A stretch of DNA of 64,000 bases from Nematocida ausubeli (lineage: Eukaryota). The notes below the pieces were generated by a model that did not search any database, was not told the origin of the DNA, and saw nothing but the letters and a program-made list of their open reading frames with translations. Location of the stretch: NCBI RefSeq assembly GCF_000738915.1, contig NW_026515634.1:310001-374000 (forward strand), read 5' to 3'. Positions 20,496-31,373 of the stretch are shown piece after piece (positions within the stretch are counted from its first letter, which is position 1; each line of letters starts with the position of its first letter). A program made the translations under genes and the position numbers.

Positions 20496-23237
20496 CTAGA
20501 TTTCGACTATATTTCCATATAAGCCTTCATCATTTTCCGTTCTAAAATATGACACCAATGTATCATAGTTTTCTATACTTCTTCTGTCATTCTTTGAGCA
20601 GAAAAGAGTTTTATTTTCTTGTAAAAAACTTACACAATTTTTGAACTCTTCATCAGATATCTCAAGAGTTTTAAACCCATTCACATTCAGCATATGATCA
20701 AATAATATAAAGCTGTAGACTGTCTTAATAAACTTTGGCGGGAAGTCACGGCCAGTTCTGCACATGTGGATAAACCATAATATGTATACAAAGTTAATAT
20801 TTTTCTCTTCGTTAGGGCTTTTAGTTTCTTCAAGAGTCGATTGAATTTTCACTAAGTTATTTGCTACCCTAGCAGGCGCCAAATGATCAAATGCAGGCTT
20901 TGAGGCTATGAAATATATCAGTAGATAATGCATTTCACTGCTAGTATGCATAGTTGCTTTAAGATAGTTGCATATAGCTTTAGTTGTAGTGGATGCTGGC
21001 CACGATAGTAGTGTATTATAAAAATTAAGACTTGCCATGTTAATGCAATTAATTTCTTTTTTAGAAAGATGCTCATAAGGCTTAAATCCAAGTTTTGGAT
21101 AGTATTTCTGCCATTTTGCATGAACAGGGAAGTATCGCATCATATTATACCGAGTCGTAGCGTCATTGAGCGGAACACTTCCCAAAATGTTTGCAGTGAA
21201 GAGTATTGCAGGATTGGTTGGGCCTAGCTCGAAGTCTATAGTAAATACTATAAAGCGCTCTATAATATAGGTCTTGAAGTCAGTGCTGGAAAGCTTTCCT
21301 AACAAGAATATTTTATGTATGTTGGTAGACTTAGTGCTTAGCATTGTATCTATACTATTCATAAGATCCACTAAAAGGATGTAGCTTTTGGTTTTTAAAG
21401 CATTTAATTCAGCAGCAATGTACTGATTTGTAATATACCCTATATAACTGTCCATACTAGCATAAGTATTTCTTACTTCTTCATACACTCTTTCTAGATG
21501 CGCGGAATCACCCCGTGAAAGTAGAAGAAGAGCAAGAGTGGTATGCCCGTTTTCTACTTCTAAAGAAATTCCATTTTTGGCATTATTAAAAGTATACGTA
21601 ATTTTAATTTCGGCCAGAAGATCAGCTTTGTCATTTGACCTCTGCCCAAGAACCATCTGATCGCACTCTACTTCCACATTCTTGTTCTGCGACAAGGATT
21701 TAATAATTGATTCTATCTCGTTCATAATATAAAACTCCTGTATAGTATCTAATTTTCCATCCATGCAGGCATTCTCTATATATTCAACTAACTTCAGTAT
21801 GTCTTTCTTTTGTCCTGTTATTTCTGAAATAGTAAGAAATATATTTACAACCCCAGAGAGAAGTTCATTCCTGTTACACACATAGTCAATCTTGTCATTC
21901 TCTAAGCAAGCAACAACCGTACTCCACCTTTTGTGCATTTCAAAGTCCGTGGTTTCTGTTGGCTTAGGATAGTCTTCAAAGAACTTTTTTAGCTCATCAC
22001 TTATTTCCTTTCCCATGTGGTTGACTTCATATTTTCCCGTCTCTGGATTATATGCCATGCAGCAGAATAATCCAAGAAGAGCTGATTCTACGCAGTTGCT
22101 ATAGTATAGAGATCGATCCTGCACAAATCCAGATTTGTCCTCCTTACATTGCGGTATTCTAGTAAACTGCGGCAGCTGACTAGAGTTATAAAAAGGAAAT
22201 CTAGCTTCTTCATTCGTGGCCTTCACAAGGTTACAGAATGATTCAATGTACTTTATATTTTCACTAAGTGCATCTTTCGCTAGGAAAAGCTCATCAAATA
22301 TTCTGCCCTTTTTACCCTTCTTCTTCGTCTGCTCTGAATTCTCCTTTTCAACTACTTGATCAATCAGTAATTCATGCACTGCATTCACAAAGTCCATGTA
22401 GTCCTCTGCTGTGTCAATAAACTCGTATATGTATGTCTGTATAAGAAAACCTGCGCTATTAAGAAACAAACCGTTCTCAAATTCTTCTCTGGTAGTTGGC
22501 ATTGCAAATTGGCGCCCTCTCTTTAGCAGCGGATTGTCTCTGCACCTTATGTAGAAGTTGACAATTTCAGCAGTCTCGCCTTGGTAGACACTGTTACTTT
22601 GCTTATTTGTAGATGAATCAATGCTAGCTGTGTACATTTCCACATTTATAAACTCTTTCTCTTCGCATGCCTTACTTTTTATAACAAGCTTCTTTTTCTT
22701 TTCTGTATGGTCTACATTTATTTTAACATCAACGCCCTCTGAAAGAAGCAGCAGACCTGCAAGAATGTACTTAGCATCCTTCTTAACATGATCTGCTCTT
22801 AGGAAGTTTGTAAGTGAATTTGGCCTGCCTGTCTCAATGGAAAGACTTCCATCTACTGACGGAAACATCTTTATGAGCTGTGCATGATACGTGCTAAGAT
22901 ACTTTCCTGTAGGACTTTCTGTGTCTAGTTCTTTGTATATCTTATCATTTACTGGTGTTCTTATAAAGCTGTACTCTTGTGTGCTTGTGCTGGGTGTTTC
23001 TTTTTTAGACAACTTATAGTCAGTTTCTATCTCAAAGGAATAAAAACGTTTGTTATACATATACCCATTCCGAATGCCAATATATCCATGCAGCAGATTC
23101 AAAGGCCCCTCTGGGTTAATAATTACATCCTGCGCTGGACCAAAAAAAGCTTCCTGTGTTTTCTTTATATCTTTCACAGATATTCTTGTAATTATACTCT
23201 GTACCATCATTAGATTTAGAATTAACCTGCTGATCAT
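20496..23237 (-). CDS. Predicted secreted protein of a Nematocida-type expanded large gene family
   Basis: Signal-peptide-like start MISRLILNLMMVQSIIT at 23237 (ORF open from 23294). Blocks INPEGPLNLL, NKRFYS.EIETDY and NCVESALLGLFCCMAYNP are recalled as typical of Nematocida expanded-family proteins. Flanked by long intergenic DNA. Confidence 0.7.
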   Translation of the reverse strand: MISRLILNLMMVQSIITRISVKDIKKTQEAFFGPAQDVIINPEGPLNLLHGYIGIRNGYMYNKRFYSFEIETDYKLSKKETPSTSTQEYSFIRTPVNDKIYKELDTESPTGKYLSTYHAQLIKMFPSVDGSLSIETGRPNSLTNFLRADHVKKDAKYILAGLLLLSEGVDVKINVDHTEKKKKLVIKSKACEEKEFINVEMYTASIDSSTNKQSNSVYQGETAEIVNFYIRCRDNPLLKRGRQFAMPTTREEFENGLFLNSAGFLIQTYIYEFIDTAEDYMDFVNAVHELLIDQVVEKENSEQTKKKGKKGRIFDELFLAKDALSENIKYIESFCNLVKATNEEARFPFYNSSQLPQFTRIPQCKEDKSGFVQDRSLYYSNCVESALLGLFCCMAYNPETGKYEVNHMGKEISDELKKFFEDYPKPTETTDFEMHKRWSTVVACLENDKIDYVCNRNELLSGVVNIFLTISEITGQKKDILKLVEYIENACMDGKLDTIQEFYIMNEIESIIKSLSQNKNVEVECDQMVLGQRSNDKADLLAEIKITYTFNNAKNGISLEVENGHTTLALLLLSRGDSAHLERVYEEVRNTYASMDSYIGYITNQYIAAELNALKTKSYILLVDLMNSIDTMLSTKSTNIHKIFLLGKLSSTDFKTYIIERFIVFTIDFELGPTNPAILFTANILGSVPLNDATTRYNMMRYFPVHAKWQKYYPKLGFKPYEHLSKKEINCINMASLNFYNTLLSWPASTTTKAICNYLKATMHTSSEMHYLLIYFIASKPAFDHLAPARVANNLVKIQSTLEETKSPNEEKNINFVYILWFIHMCRTGRDFPPKFIKTVYSFILFDHMLNVNGFKTLEISDEEFKNCVSFLQENKTLFCSKNDRRSIENYDTLVSYFRTENDEGLYGNIVEI

Positions 23238-23755
23238 TTTTCGTAAATCAAAAAAATATTTCTTTCTTAACTGTTTTAATTCATTTTTCTTCATTATTCT
23301 TTACATCCACTACTTCTGTTTATAAATAGATCATTTTGGCAGTCCTCCTATAGGTCAACTATGTGTATAAGTGTCTAATGGGAAAAGAGCGCTTTGTGTT
23401 TTAACTGGCTCAATTGATTTATCCAATATACACAATCAAATAACCAGTGATCATCTTTAAGACACTCTCCTGTATAATATATTGGTGAATAGAAGGCATT
23501 GTTGCTAGTACTTGTTGGTTTTACTTGTCTTGATGGCAAAAACCTTCTCTTTGGGCTAGTAATATAGATTTGGGTTGGTTATTGCCTTCCGGATTTTGAC
23601 TGTAGGCCAACACGCTACAAGGGGCTCTACTTGTTTATGTGTTGTATTTGTGGTAATGGCATGAAGTGTCATATTTAGACTAACTGCCAAAGCTTACGTG
23701 TTTGTGTGTAAAATACTGATTGGCGGTTGTCACTAGAAACTATATATAGACTATG

Positions 23756-23844
23756 AGAAATAAATTATATCCAGGTTTAGTATGACCAAGTCTAATAATT
23801 TACATTAGTCAGTATAATGTTCCCAAGAAGGGGAAATATTCTAG
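23756..23844. repeat. Diverged direct repeat, copy 1
   Basis: agaaataaattatatc-cagg-tttagtatga at 23756-23785 and agaaggggaaatattctag at 23826-23844; matches 25290-25353. Confidence 0.75.
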
Positions 23845-24452
23845 CCAGGAAATAGTAGTCTAGAATAGATGGAGCTGTTGTCTAGAAAGTTTTACTCATG
23901 CATTGTCATGGATGCTTAGGTTCACAGCGGCAGTTTGCTATTGTACTTGGGTTGTTCTTCTCTTTTAATATTTTCATATAATTATATAGTGCTTTTTTGA
24001 TCGTTAGATTTTCCCGAATTATTTTTCAGATTATATTAGAGACAGGTGGTCTTGTATTTGAAAGGTCAGAGTCTTACCTCGAGAATATTTGAATTCTATC
24101 AAGTTGATTAAATTTTCAATATGAGCATTTTTCAGCTTATTGTTATCCAAAGAGAAAGATATAGACACCCATAGTGTAGTAAAAGACAGCCTGCTCTAGA
24201 AATAGTAGCGTAATATAAATAAAATCTTTATTTGTGAGAATATTTCAGCCTATTGTTCTATTTTTAACGCTTTAGGCTTTTTTCTTCTTCTCTCTGCAAA
24301 GCATGTATTTTTAGGCATGTATAATGAATATATGTTTAGAATGGCTTCTTGCAGCTGTTCGATTTTATATGTTTTTCTACTTTTGAAAGTTTCAAAAAGA
24401 GCGTTGGTTCTGCTGCAATAATTTATTGCATTCAAAGAGTATAAATACCATT

Positions 24453-24788
24453 TTATGAGGATGGTCCTGCCCCTTTACTTCCTATGCTTGGCCCTGCTTT
24501 TGGGAATAGGCTTTCATAGGATGGAGGAACATCAAGTATATCTATCTCACTGTAGGAGGGTACTGGAATAGGTTCTGTGGTTATAGGTGTGCTAAGGGGA
24601 GTATCCGTTCTATTATTGAATTCTAGAGATACTTCTGCAGTGCACGTACCCCTTTCTTTAAGATACATATAAATCGCGTACCCAATTAATAGAAACATAA
24701 TTGCTACATATATATAAATCGCATCCAAACCCGATATCTCCCCATTTGAACTACTAGCACCTATATTATATGGGTTAATCGAAGACAT
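24453..24788 (-). CDS. Small single-pass membrane protein with PY motifs (VPSY, PPSY)
   Basis: 111 aa: short polar N-terminus, TM IYIYVAIMFLLIGYAIYMYL followed by KER, then a Pro/Ser/Thr-rich tail with VPSYSE and PPSYESL. Confidence 0.75.
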   Translation of the reverse strand: MSSINPYNIGASSSNGEISGLDAIYIYVAIMFLLIGYAIYMYLKERGTCTAEVSLEFNNRTDTPLSTPITTEPIPVPSYSEIDILDVPPSYESLFPKAGPSIGSKGAGPSS

Positions 24789-25289
24789 TAGTTATCGATG
24801 CAAAAATATTTTTATTTAACATACGTATAATTTCACTGATAAAACTTATGCTGCCCATTCTAATAGAAAAAAGTATGCTATATTTATAGAGACTTGTATT
24901 AAATGAACCATGTACACAGGGTAGAGAAGTATTTGGCAGTAAAATGCTGCAATAATATCCCAGATTGTTTAAAGAATATTATATTTCTTTATATGCTTTT
25001 TACTCTGCTATGTTTAGAAATGCGTTTTCTATGTATAATAAGTCTAGAAATCAAATAGATTAAAATTTTGGCACCAATACTTTGCAGCATAATATTAACC
25101 ACAAAGAAAAATATAGGAATACATGCAGTGCTAGAGGATTTCTTGGCGGGACTTTGCTTGTTTTGCGCATCTACAATCAAGTGATCCGACAAATGGAATA
25201 TACTGTTACTTCCTCAAGTTATCCAATATGATTTTACTTATATGGCATTACTTTGGTAGAACTCTCTCTGAAGACTATAATAGATGGCA

Positions 25290-25353
25290 AGAAATAAATT
25301 ATATCTAGTTTAGTATGAAGGATTCTAACCCTTCAGAAGAGAAAATATGCTAG
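25290..25353. repeat. Diverged direct repeat, copy 2
   Basis: agaaataaattatatc-tag-tttagtatga at 25290-25318 and agaagagaaaatatgctag at 25335-25353. Confidence 0.75.
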
Positions 25354-25894
25354 AATAAATAATTTTCTTAAACAAAATACTATATTGTAGACCAGTTTCT
25401 TTATGTTAAAACACTGACTACTATACACACATCAAGCAAGCCATTTTTGGAGTTATTCTCCATAATTCTATTTATTTAAATATTTAGACTGCAGCAGAAT
25501 ATGTATACGCATACTATGCTATGAAAATGCAAGTTACCCTCTTATATGGGCAGATTGTGCCCTTTGGATAGTTTTCGCACCGAAATTTCTAAGCGCCGAC
25601 TTTAGTATCTGTTCTTGTAGAAGCAAAATTATCTGCCGCACGAAAGAAATGTCTCCATGCTGTTTTCAATAGCATTATAGCTTTGTATGCCTGCCTAAGT
25701 CCATATGCATGCAGAGATGGAATGGGCAGAGCTTTTCTTTTTTGCATGTCTTGCAAAATATAAAGAAGAGAACAGCGCATGCTTTCACATTGGCATACAC
25801 AGCTGTCTATTGGAAGAAGCCTTTGCTAGTTTATGTCTTGCTAGTGTGTAATGTAGGCTTTATTATATGTTTATGATATACAAATAACTGCGCA

Positions 25895-26305
25895 CTACTC
25901 TATGCCCTTCTTTGAAATGTAGTCTTCAACTGCTGCTTTGATTGCCTCTTCTGCTAAAAGCGAACAGTGCAGCTTAACAGGCGGCAGAGAGAGCTCCTTT
26001 GCTATTTCTGTATTCTTAATATTCATTGCGTCATATATTGATTTCCCCTTTATCATCTCAGAGGCTAAACTACTTGATGCAATTGCAGACCCACAGCCAA
26101 ACGTTTTAATCTTCACATCTTCAATTATGTCGTCCTTCACTTTAATCTGAAGCCTCATTACATCCCCGCACGCAGGAGCGCCCACCAGACCGGTACCCAC
26201 ACCAGCCACGGTTTTTGCGAATGTTCCAACATTTCTTGGGTTTGCGTAGTGCTCTAAAACCTTCTCGTGGTAGCTTCTAGTAATCTCGTTAATAAGTGCT
26301 AGCAT
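25895..26305 (-). CDS. ISU1: Fe-S cluster scaffold Isu1/IscU (mitosomal)
   Basis: [38 protein letters not shown]. Confidence 0.97.
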   Translation of the reverse strand: MLALINEITRSYHEKVLEHYANPRNVGTFAKTVAGVGTGLVGAPACGDVMRLQIKVKDDIIEDVKIKTFGCGSAIASSSLASEMIKGKSIYDAMNIKNTEIAKELSLPPVKLHCSLLAEEAIKAAVEDYISKKGIE

Positions 26306-26438
26306 TCACCAAGTAATAAAAATAATTCTGTTTTTTCTTGCAGAGCTTGCAGAGCAGTCTGCTGGAAGGACCCAGAAAAATGTCTTCCCTTGCAGCATAT
26401 TAGAAGAGAATTTCTTTCACTTTTTTATTTTCTTAGTG

Positions 26439-27344
26439 ATGGCAATTAATGCACCAAGCATCGATAAAATTATAGAACAGCTACTTAAGGTGCGCAGTTC
26501 TAAAGCATCTGCGCCAAGGGTAAATCTCTCAGAGTCGGAAATCAAGTTTCTGTGCAGTAAAGCAAGAGAAGTTTTCATGTCGCAGCCTATGCTTCTGGAG
26601 ATAGAGGCGCCCATTAAGATATGCGGTGATATACACGGGCAGTATTCAGACCTGCTGAGGATATTTGAGTGCGGAGGCCCTCCCCCAGAGAGCAACTATC
26701 TTTTTCTTGGGGACTATGTGGACAGAGGAAGGCAGAGCCTGGAAACAATCTGCCTTCTCCTTGCATACAAGGTCAAGTATCCAGACAACTTCTTTTTGCT
26801 CCGAGGGAACCACGAGTGTGCCAGCATAAACAGAATATATGGGTTCTACGAAGAGTGCAAGGACAGGTACACATACAAAATATGGAAAAAATTCACTGAA
26901 ACATTTAACTGCATGCCTGTAGCAGCTCTTGTAGATGAAAAGATATTTTGCATGCATGGCGGCCTTTCTCCTGACCTCCAGTCCTTCAATCAGATCCGGT
27001 CTATACATCGTCCTACAGACATCCCAGACAGCGGGCTGCTCTGTGATCTTCTTTGGAGCGATCCGGACAAAGACACCCACAAGTGGGGAGACAATGACAG
27101 AGGGGTGAGCTTTACCTTTGGCACAAGAGTTGTAAAAGAGTTCCTAGACAAGCATAATTTAGACCTCATATGCCGAGCCCACCAGGTTGTAGAGGACGGC
27201 TATGAATTTTTTGCAGACAAAAGGCTTGTTACTATATTTTCTGCCCCAAACTACTGTGGGGAGTTTGATAACTCAGGCGCTATTATGGAGGTAGATGAAA
27301 ACCTAGTCTGCAGCTTTAGAGTTCTTAAACCGCTTGATGGTTAG
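26439..27344 (+). CDS. GLC7: Protein phosphatase 1 catalytic subunit
   Basis: [53 protein letters not shown]. Confidence 0.96.
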   Translation: MAINAPSIDKIIEQLLKVRSSKASAPRVNLSESEIKFLCSKAREVFMSQPMLLEIEAPIKICGDIHGQYSDLLRIFECGGPPPESNYLFLGDYVDRGRQSLETICLLLAYKVKYPDNFFLLRGNHECASINRIYGFYEECKDRYTYKIWKKFTETFNCMPVAALVDEKIFCMHGGLSPDLQSFNQIRSIHRPTDIPDSGLLCDLLWSDPDKDTHKWGDNDRGVSFTFGTRVVKEFLDKHNLDLICRAHQVVEDGYEFFADKRLVTIFSAPNYCGEFDNSGAIMEVDENLVCSFRVLKPLDG

Positions 27345-27752
27345 AAGATAGCTAGCAGCCCACGTTCGTTCATGTTTATTCCAAATAAAATAACTGTGCG
27401 CGCGCATCTAGGAATCTTTCTGTTTATGAACATCTTGGCAGCACACGATCTCGCTGAGGGAGAGCACGGGGTACTGATGACTGCACTAGATTTCTTGCAC
27501 TGCGCGCGTGTTCATATAAGGAGTCAAGCCGATCCTTAAATAAGATGAAAATATCACATAGCCAGGCTGCTGCGTGCAGAGTGTTTATTCAGATGGTCTA
27601 CCAGGTGTAATAAATAGAAAATTATACAATTAGAAAACTTAGTAGAATATCTCTTTATGAATTCTGCTCTGCCTATCTTTATATCAGCTCTTTTTCAAAG
27701 AACTCCTGGATGGCGCAGAGTTGCAGGCTTCTGCAGCCCCAATATTATCGCT

Positions 27753-29543
27753 TTATTGCGGCACCTGTTTCTTCTTTTTGTTCAGCTTCTTTAAAAGAGC
27801 TTCTTTTTTCTGAATTTTCATAATACCGCCTGGAACAACCTGCCCCTTTGACATCTGCTCTTCTATCTTTTCAATTTCCTCAAGCTCCTTCCTAATCGAG
27901 GCCATGCGATTTTCCTTTGCCTTGGCAGTATCTTTTATTATATGAGGGGCGGCCCATTCTTTTGCCTCCTTCTGCTCGCTCTTCCGAAGACATGGCGGTA
28001 CGTACTCATCTGCCTTCTTTATCTGTATTTTGGCAGGAAGGTTTTCAAGTGGGCGGAATGCGAGCATTTTCCCTGCAAACATGCAGCTCTTCAGCTCCTT
28101 GAATCGCACCTCTGTGCTTTTCTGCGAGTAGTAGTCATAAAGCGCCACTTTATTATCTATTGACATTTTGTTCGTTATTCCAACTAGATAGTATCTCCCC
28201 TCTGGAGACCAATCAATCACCGAACACCCAAGCTCCTCGTTTATGGAAAGCATCGCTTCAGATGGATACTCTGAAATCTCCATGTTTCCAGGAAGATTGT
28301 TCATCCCTGCCATGCACACAATGTTCTCTTGCTTGTTGAAAAACATCTTGTTCCTAACCCCTTCCTTCAGGTTCTTTATCTTTTCTGTCTTGGAATTGAA
28401 TATTCCTATCTTACTAGGGCTGTTGTCATAGCACACTGCAAACTCGCTTTTCTTTAAAAAGGCTAGGTCAGTTATCGGATTGGATATGCTTGATACATTC
28501 TTTACAGTCCCCTGGGCTGTATCTATATAGTATAGCGCCTTTGTATCGTAGTACGTTCCGTTTGTAGTGTTGAGTGAGCACAGACAAAGCATCCTCTCCT
28601 CTTTATGTTTTATGTCCTGCGTAAGCACTGCAGATATCATATTCAGAACCAGCTGTTTTTTAACCTTCTCTCCATTAGACAGTCTAATTATCTCAATTTC
28701 CCCAGCAGATGCCCGATACACACGCACAGTTACTAAGAACTTCTGTGTCATAGAGAAAACAAGCGGTGCCGGTATCTTTATCTCTTGGATTTCTCTCTTC
28801 TCAGCGATGGAGTACACTTTCAAGAAGCGTGGCTTAGCCTTGTTTACAATGGCTGTGCGCATTCCCTCTTTCTTCTGTATCTTTAGAGTAACTGGCTCTT
28901 TCTTTCCGCTCTGTGCTGGCTTTGCTCCCTTTGTTGGCTTTGCAGGGTCTTTTTCTGCAGATGATTCGCCCGCGGGCTCTGCTGCGCTCGCTTTATTGTG
29001 CGAGGCCTGATCTGTAGAGAGAGGAGCATTCTGCTTATCTAAGGCCTTTGCTAGCTCAGCGCCTTCTAATCTAGCCTCCTTCTCATGGGATGCTGCAGTA
29101 TTTGACGGGTTTGCATTGGAACCTATGCTTTTTTTACCTGCTGTCTCTTCCTCTGTTGGCAGAAGCACTTCCTTTTTCTCTGGCATCTCTTCTACTTCCT
29201 GCGAATATACAAGAAACTCTTCTCCATGCATGGCAGACTTTACTCTTTCTGCCGAGTAAAGGACTTTATCCTTTCGGACAAAATACATCTTGTCTTCCTT
29301 GGTTATCACGCTTGCAGTACTGCCAACAAGGCTCTCTATACTTCTAATATTGGGTATGGAGTGTCTGTGCTGTTCTTTTGTGGTGGCGCTCTGTATAACT
29401 AGCTCAGACGCTGTGGTGTAAGCAACCCACTCCTGCCCAAGCTTGCAGTGCACGCACGGCACAGTCTCTGCCTTCTCGTTAAAAGTATCCAAACATATTC
29501 CTTTGTCACTAAAGGACAAAACTTGGCTAGTTGTTTTGGACAT
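27753..29543 (-). CDS. Translation initiation factor eIF2A (beta-propeller)
   Basis: GTYYDTKALYYI, MAGMNNLPGNMEI, WSPEGRY, IDNKV, EYVPPCLR and a C-terminal coiled coil. ATG at 29543 chosen. Confidence 0.85.
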   Translation of the reverse strand: MSKTTSQVLSFSDKGICLDTFNEKAETVPCVHCKLGQEWVAYTTASELVIQSATTKEQHRHSIPNIRSIESLVGSTASVITKEDKMYFVRKDKVLYSAERVKSAMHGEEFLVYSQEVEEMPEKKEVLLPTEEETAGKKSIGSNANPSNTAASHEKEARLEGAELAKALDKQNAPLSTDQASHNKASAAEPAGESSAEKDPAKPTKGAKPAQSGKKEPVTLKIQKKEGMRTAIVNKAKPRFLKVYSIAEKREIQEIKIPAPLVFSMTQKFLVTVRVYRASAGEIEIIRLSNGEKVKKQLVLNMISAVLTQDIKHKEERMLCLCSLNTTNGTYYDTKALYYIDTAQGTVKNVSSISNPITDLAFLKKSEFAVCYDNSPSKIGIFNSKTEKIKNLKEGVRNKMFFNKQENIVCMAGMNNLPGNMEISEYPSEAMLSINEELGCSVIDWSPEGRYYLVGITNKMSIDNKVALYDYYSQKSTEVRFKELKSCMFAGKMLAFRPLENLPAKIQIKKADEYVPPCLRKSEQKEAKEWAAPHIIKDTAKAKENRMASIRKELEEIEKIEEQMSKGQVVPGGIMKIQKKEALLKKLNKKKKQVPQ

Positions 29544-29773
29544 ATAAAAAAATATTTGAGCTGGTTTTATCCGTATCCTGGCGTATGGGCAGAAAATTAA
29601 ATACAGCGAAAAGACAGCAGACACTGTCTACCTGGCAGTGCCTGTTATGCGCGCGCAGAAGACATATCATAATATAAGCACAATAAGTTGATAGAGCATT
29701 CACCGTTAAATATGATTTTATTAGCAACAACGTAAGATCATGACAAGTAGCAATGCACCACTTCACTGTCTAC

Positions 29774-31279
29774 CTAGTATGATCTACCAAAAAGACCAAC
29801 GCAGGTGGCCTCTGATGGGCAGACGCTGCACGCACCAGATGGCTTGTTCTCGGAGAAGGGAATGCACAGGGACTTTGCACCTGCTGCTGCAACAACATTG
29901 TTCTTATCTCTCTCTTCTGTCATCTTCTTGATTGCGTCTTCGCACTCTACTGACCCACACCACACCATGGTGCACATCTTTCCGCCACGGAGTGCTGCAT
30001 TTAGATCCTCCATTGTAGACCCCTTTAGCATGGAAGTCTCTTGAAGAAGCTTTGCGTTGTGGTACATTGTCTCGTGGATTGCATCCAGCTCCTCCTGCAC
30101 TGCCTTCTCAATGTTTTCAAGTGGCACGCTCTTCTTTGTCTTATCCATGCGCCATGCGAAGCACACTTGATTGTTTGCCAGGTCCTTGGGCCCGATCTCA
30201 ATACGAAGAGGAACTCCTCTTACCTCCCAGTGGTTAAACTTGTGTCCTGGCGTGACATTTAGAGCCAAGTCTGCCTGAGCACGCACGCCCTGTGCGTTAA
30301 GTGCTTTTTCAATTCTGGATGCCTCATCAAGGATCTTTTGCTTTTCCTCCTCTGGCGTGTTCTTAGACAGCCCGCAGGGAACGATAACGACCTGTGTAGA
30401 TGCAACCTTTGGGGGAAGCACAAGGCCTCGGTTGTCTGAGTGCACTAGAATGGCCACACCAATGCTTCTGGTGCTAAGCCCCCATGAGTTCTGGAAAACA
30501 GGCATAAAGCATCCTGGAGCCTTTGGATCTTCCACTGTTACATTAAACATGGTGGAGAAGTTTGTTCCAAGAGAATGCGACGTGGCTGCCTGGATTCCCT
30601 TTCCTGTGTGTGGAATAAAGACCTCTACAGTTGTGGTGAAGTCAGCGCCAGCGAAGGTTTCTTTCTTACTCTTCATTCCCTTTATGACAGGAACTGCAAG
30701 AAGCTCTCTGTACACACTCTCATAGAAGCCAAGAATCTCAAACACCTCTTTGTCCGCCTCCTCACGAGTCAGATGGGCTGTGTGCCCCTCCTGCCATAGA
30801 AACTCTCTTCCCCGGATAAAAGGCATGGTCTGTGTGGTTTCCCATCGCAGCACATTGCACCACTGGTTGAGCTTGAGGGGCAGGTCTCTGTAGCTCTGTA
30901 TCCACTTGGAGAAGTATGGATACATAATTGTCTCTGACGTGGGTCTGATTGCCACTGGGTTCTCCAAAGGCTTTCCACCACATTCTGTGATCCATGCCAC
31001 TTCAGGCGCAAAGTTTTCCAAATGATCTTTTTCTTTCTCCAGCACTGCTTTTGACACAAGCATGGGGAAGTATGCCTCCTTGACGCCCAGACCATCGATT
31101 TTGCCTGTGAAGTAGTTTTTTATTGTGTTCCATATAAAAAACCCATTTGGTCTGAGAACGTAGCATCCGTTTATATCATGATATTCCAGTATTTCGCTTT
31201 TTGTCACGGTCTCTTTGTACCACTTTGGAAAGTCGCTTTCGCGCGTTGCCTCAATAGAAAATTTCTGGGTTTTTGACAT
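29774..31279 (-). CDS. Prolyl-tRNA synthetase (eukaryote/archaeal type)
   Basis: FAPEVAW, IRPTSET, PFIRGREFLWQEGHTAH, QAATSHSLG, C-terminal FGRSY; CCCC before the ATG. Confidence 0.97.
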   Translation of the reverse strand: MSKTQKFSIEATRESDFPKWYKETVTKSEILEYHDINGCYVLRPNGFFIWNTIKNYFTGKIDGLGVKEAYFPMLVSKAVLEKEKDHLENFAPEVAWITECGGKPLENPVAIRPTSETIMYPYFSKWIQSYRDLPLKLNQWCNVLRWETTQTMPFIRGREFLWQEGHTAHLTREEADKEVFEILGFYESVYRELLAVPVIKGMKSKKETFAGADFTTTVEVFIPHTGKGIQAATSHSLGTNFSTMFNVTVEDPKAPGCFMPVFQNSWGLSTRSIGVAILVHSDNRGLVLPPKVASTQVVIVPCGLSKNTPEEEKQKILDEASRIEKALNAQGVRAQADLALNVTPGHKFNHWEVRGVPLRIEIGPKDLANNQVCFAWRMDKTKKSVPLENIEKAVQEELDAIHETMYHNAKLLQETSMLKGSTMEDLNAALRGGKMCTMVWCGSVECEDAIKKMTEERDKNNVVAAAGAKSLCIPFSENKPSGACSVCPSEATCVGLFGRSY

Positions 31280-31373
31280 GGGGAATACAATTTTTTACAC
31301 TTAATAAGAAAACCCAAGTGCGCATGCCCACAAATATAATTAGTAAAATTTGCTATAATTAACTTAGAGCACG

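Noticed and set aside
23238..23294. N-terminal extension MKKNELKQLRKKYFFDLRK of the large-family ORF
   Set aside because: The downstream ATG at 23237 gives a signal-peptide-like start, so the extension is probably untranslated.
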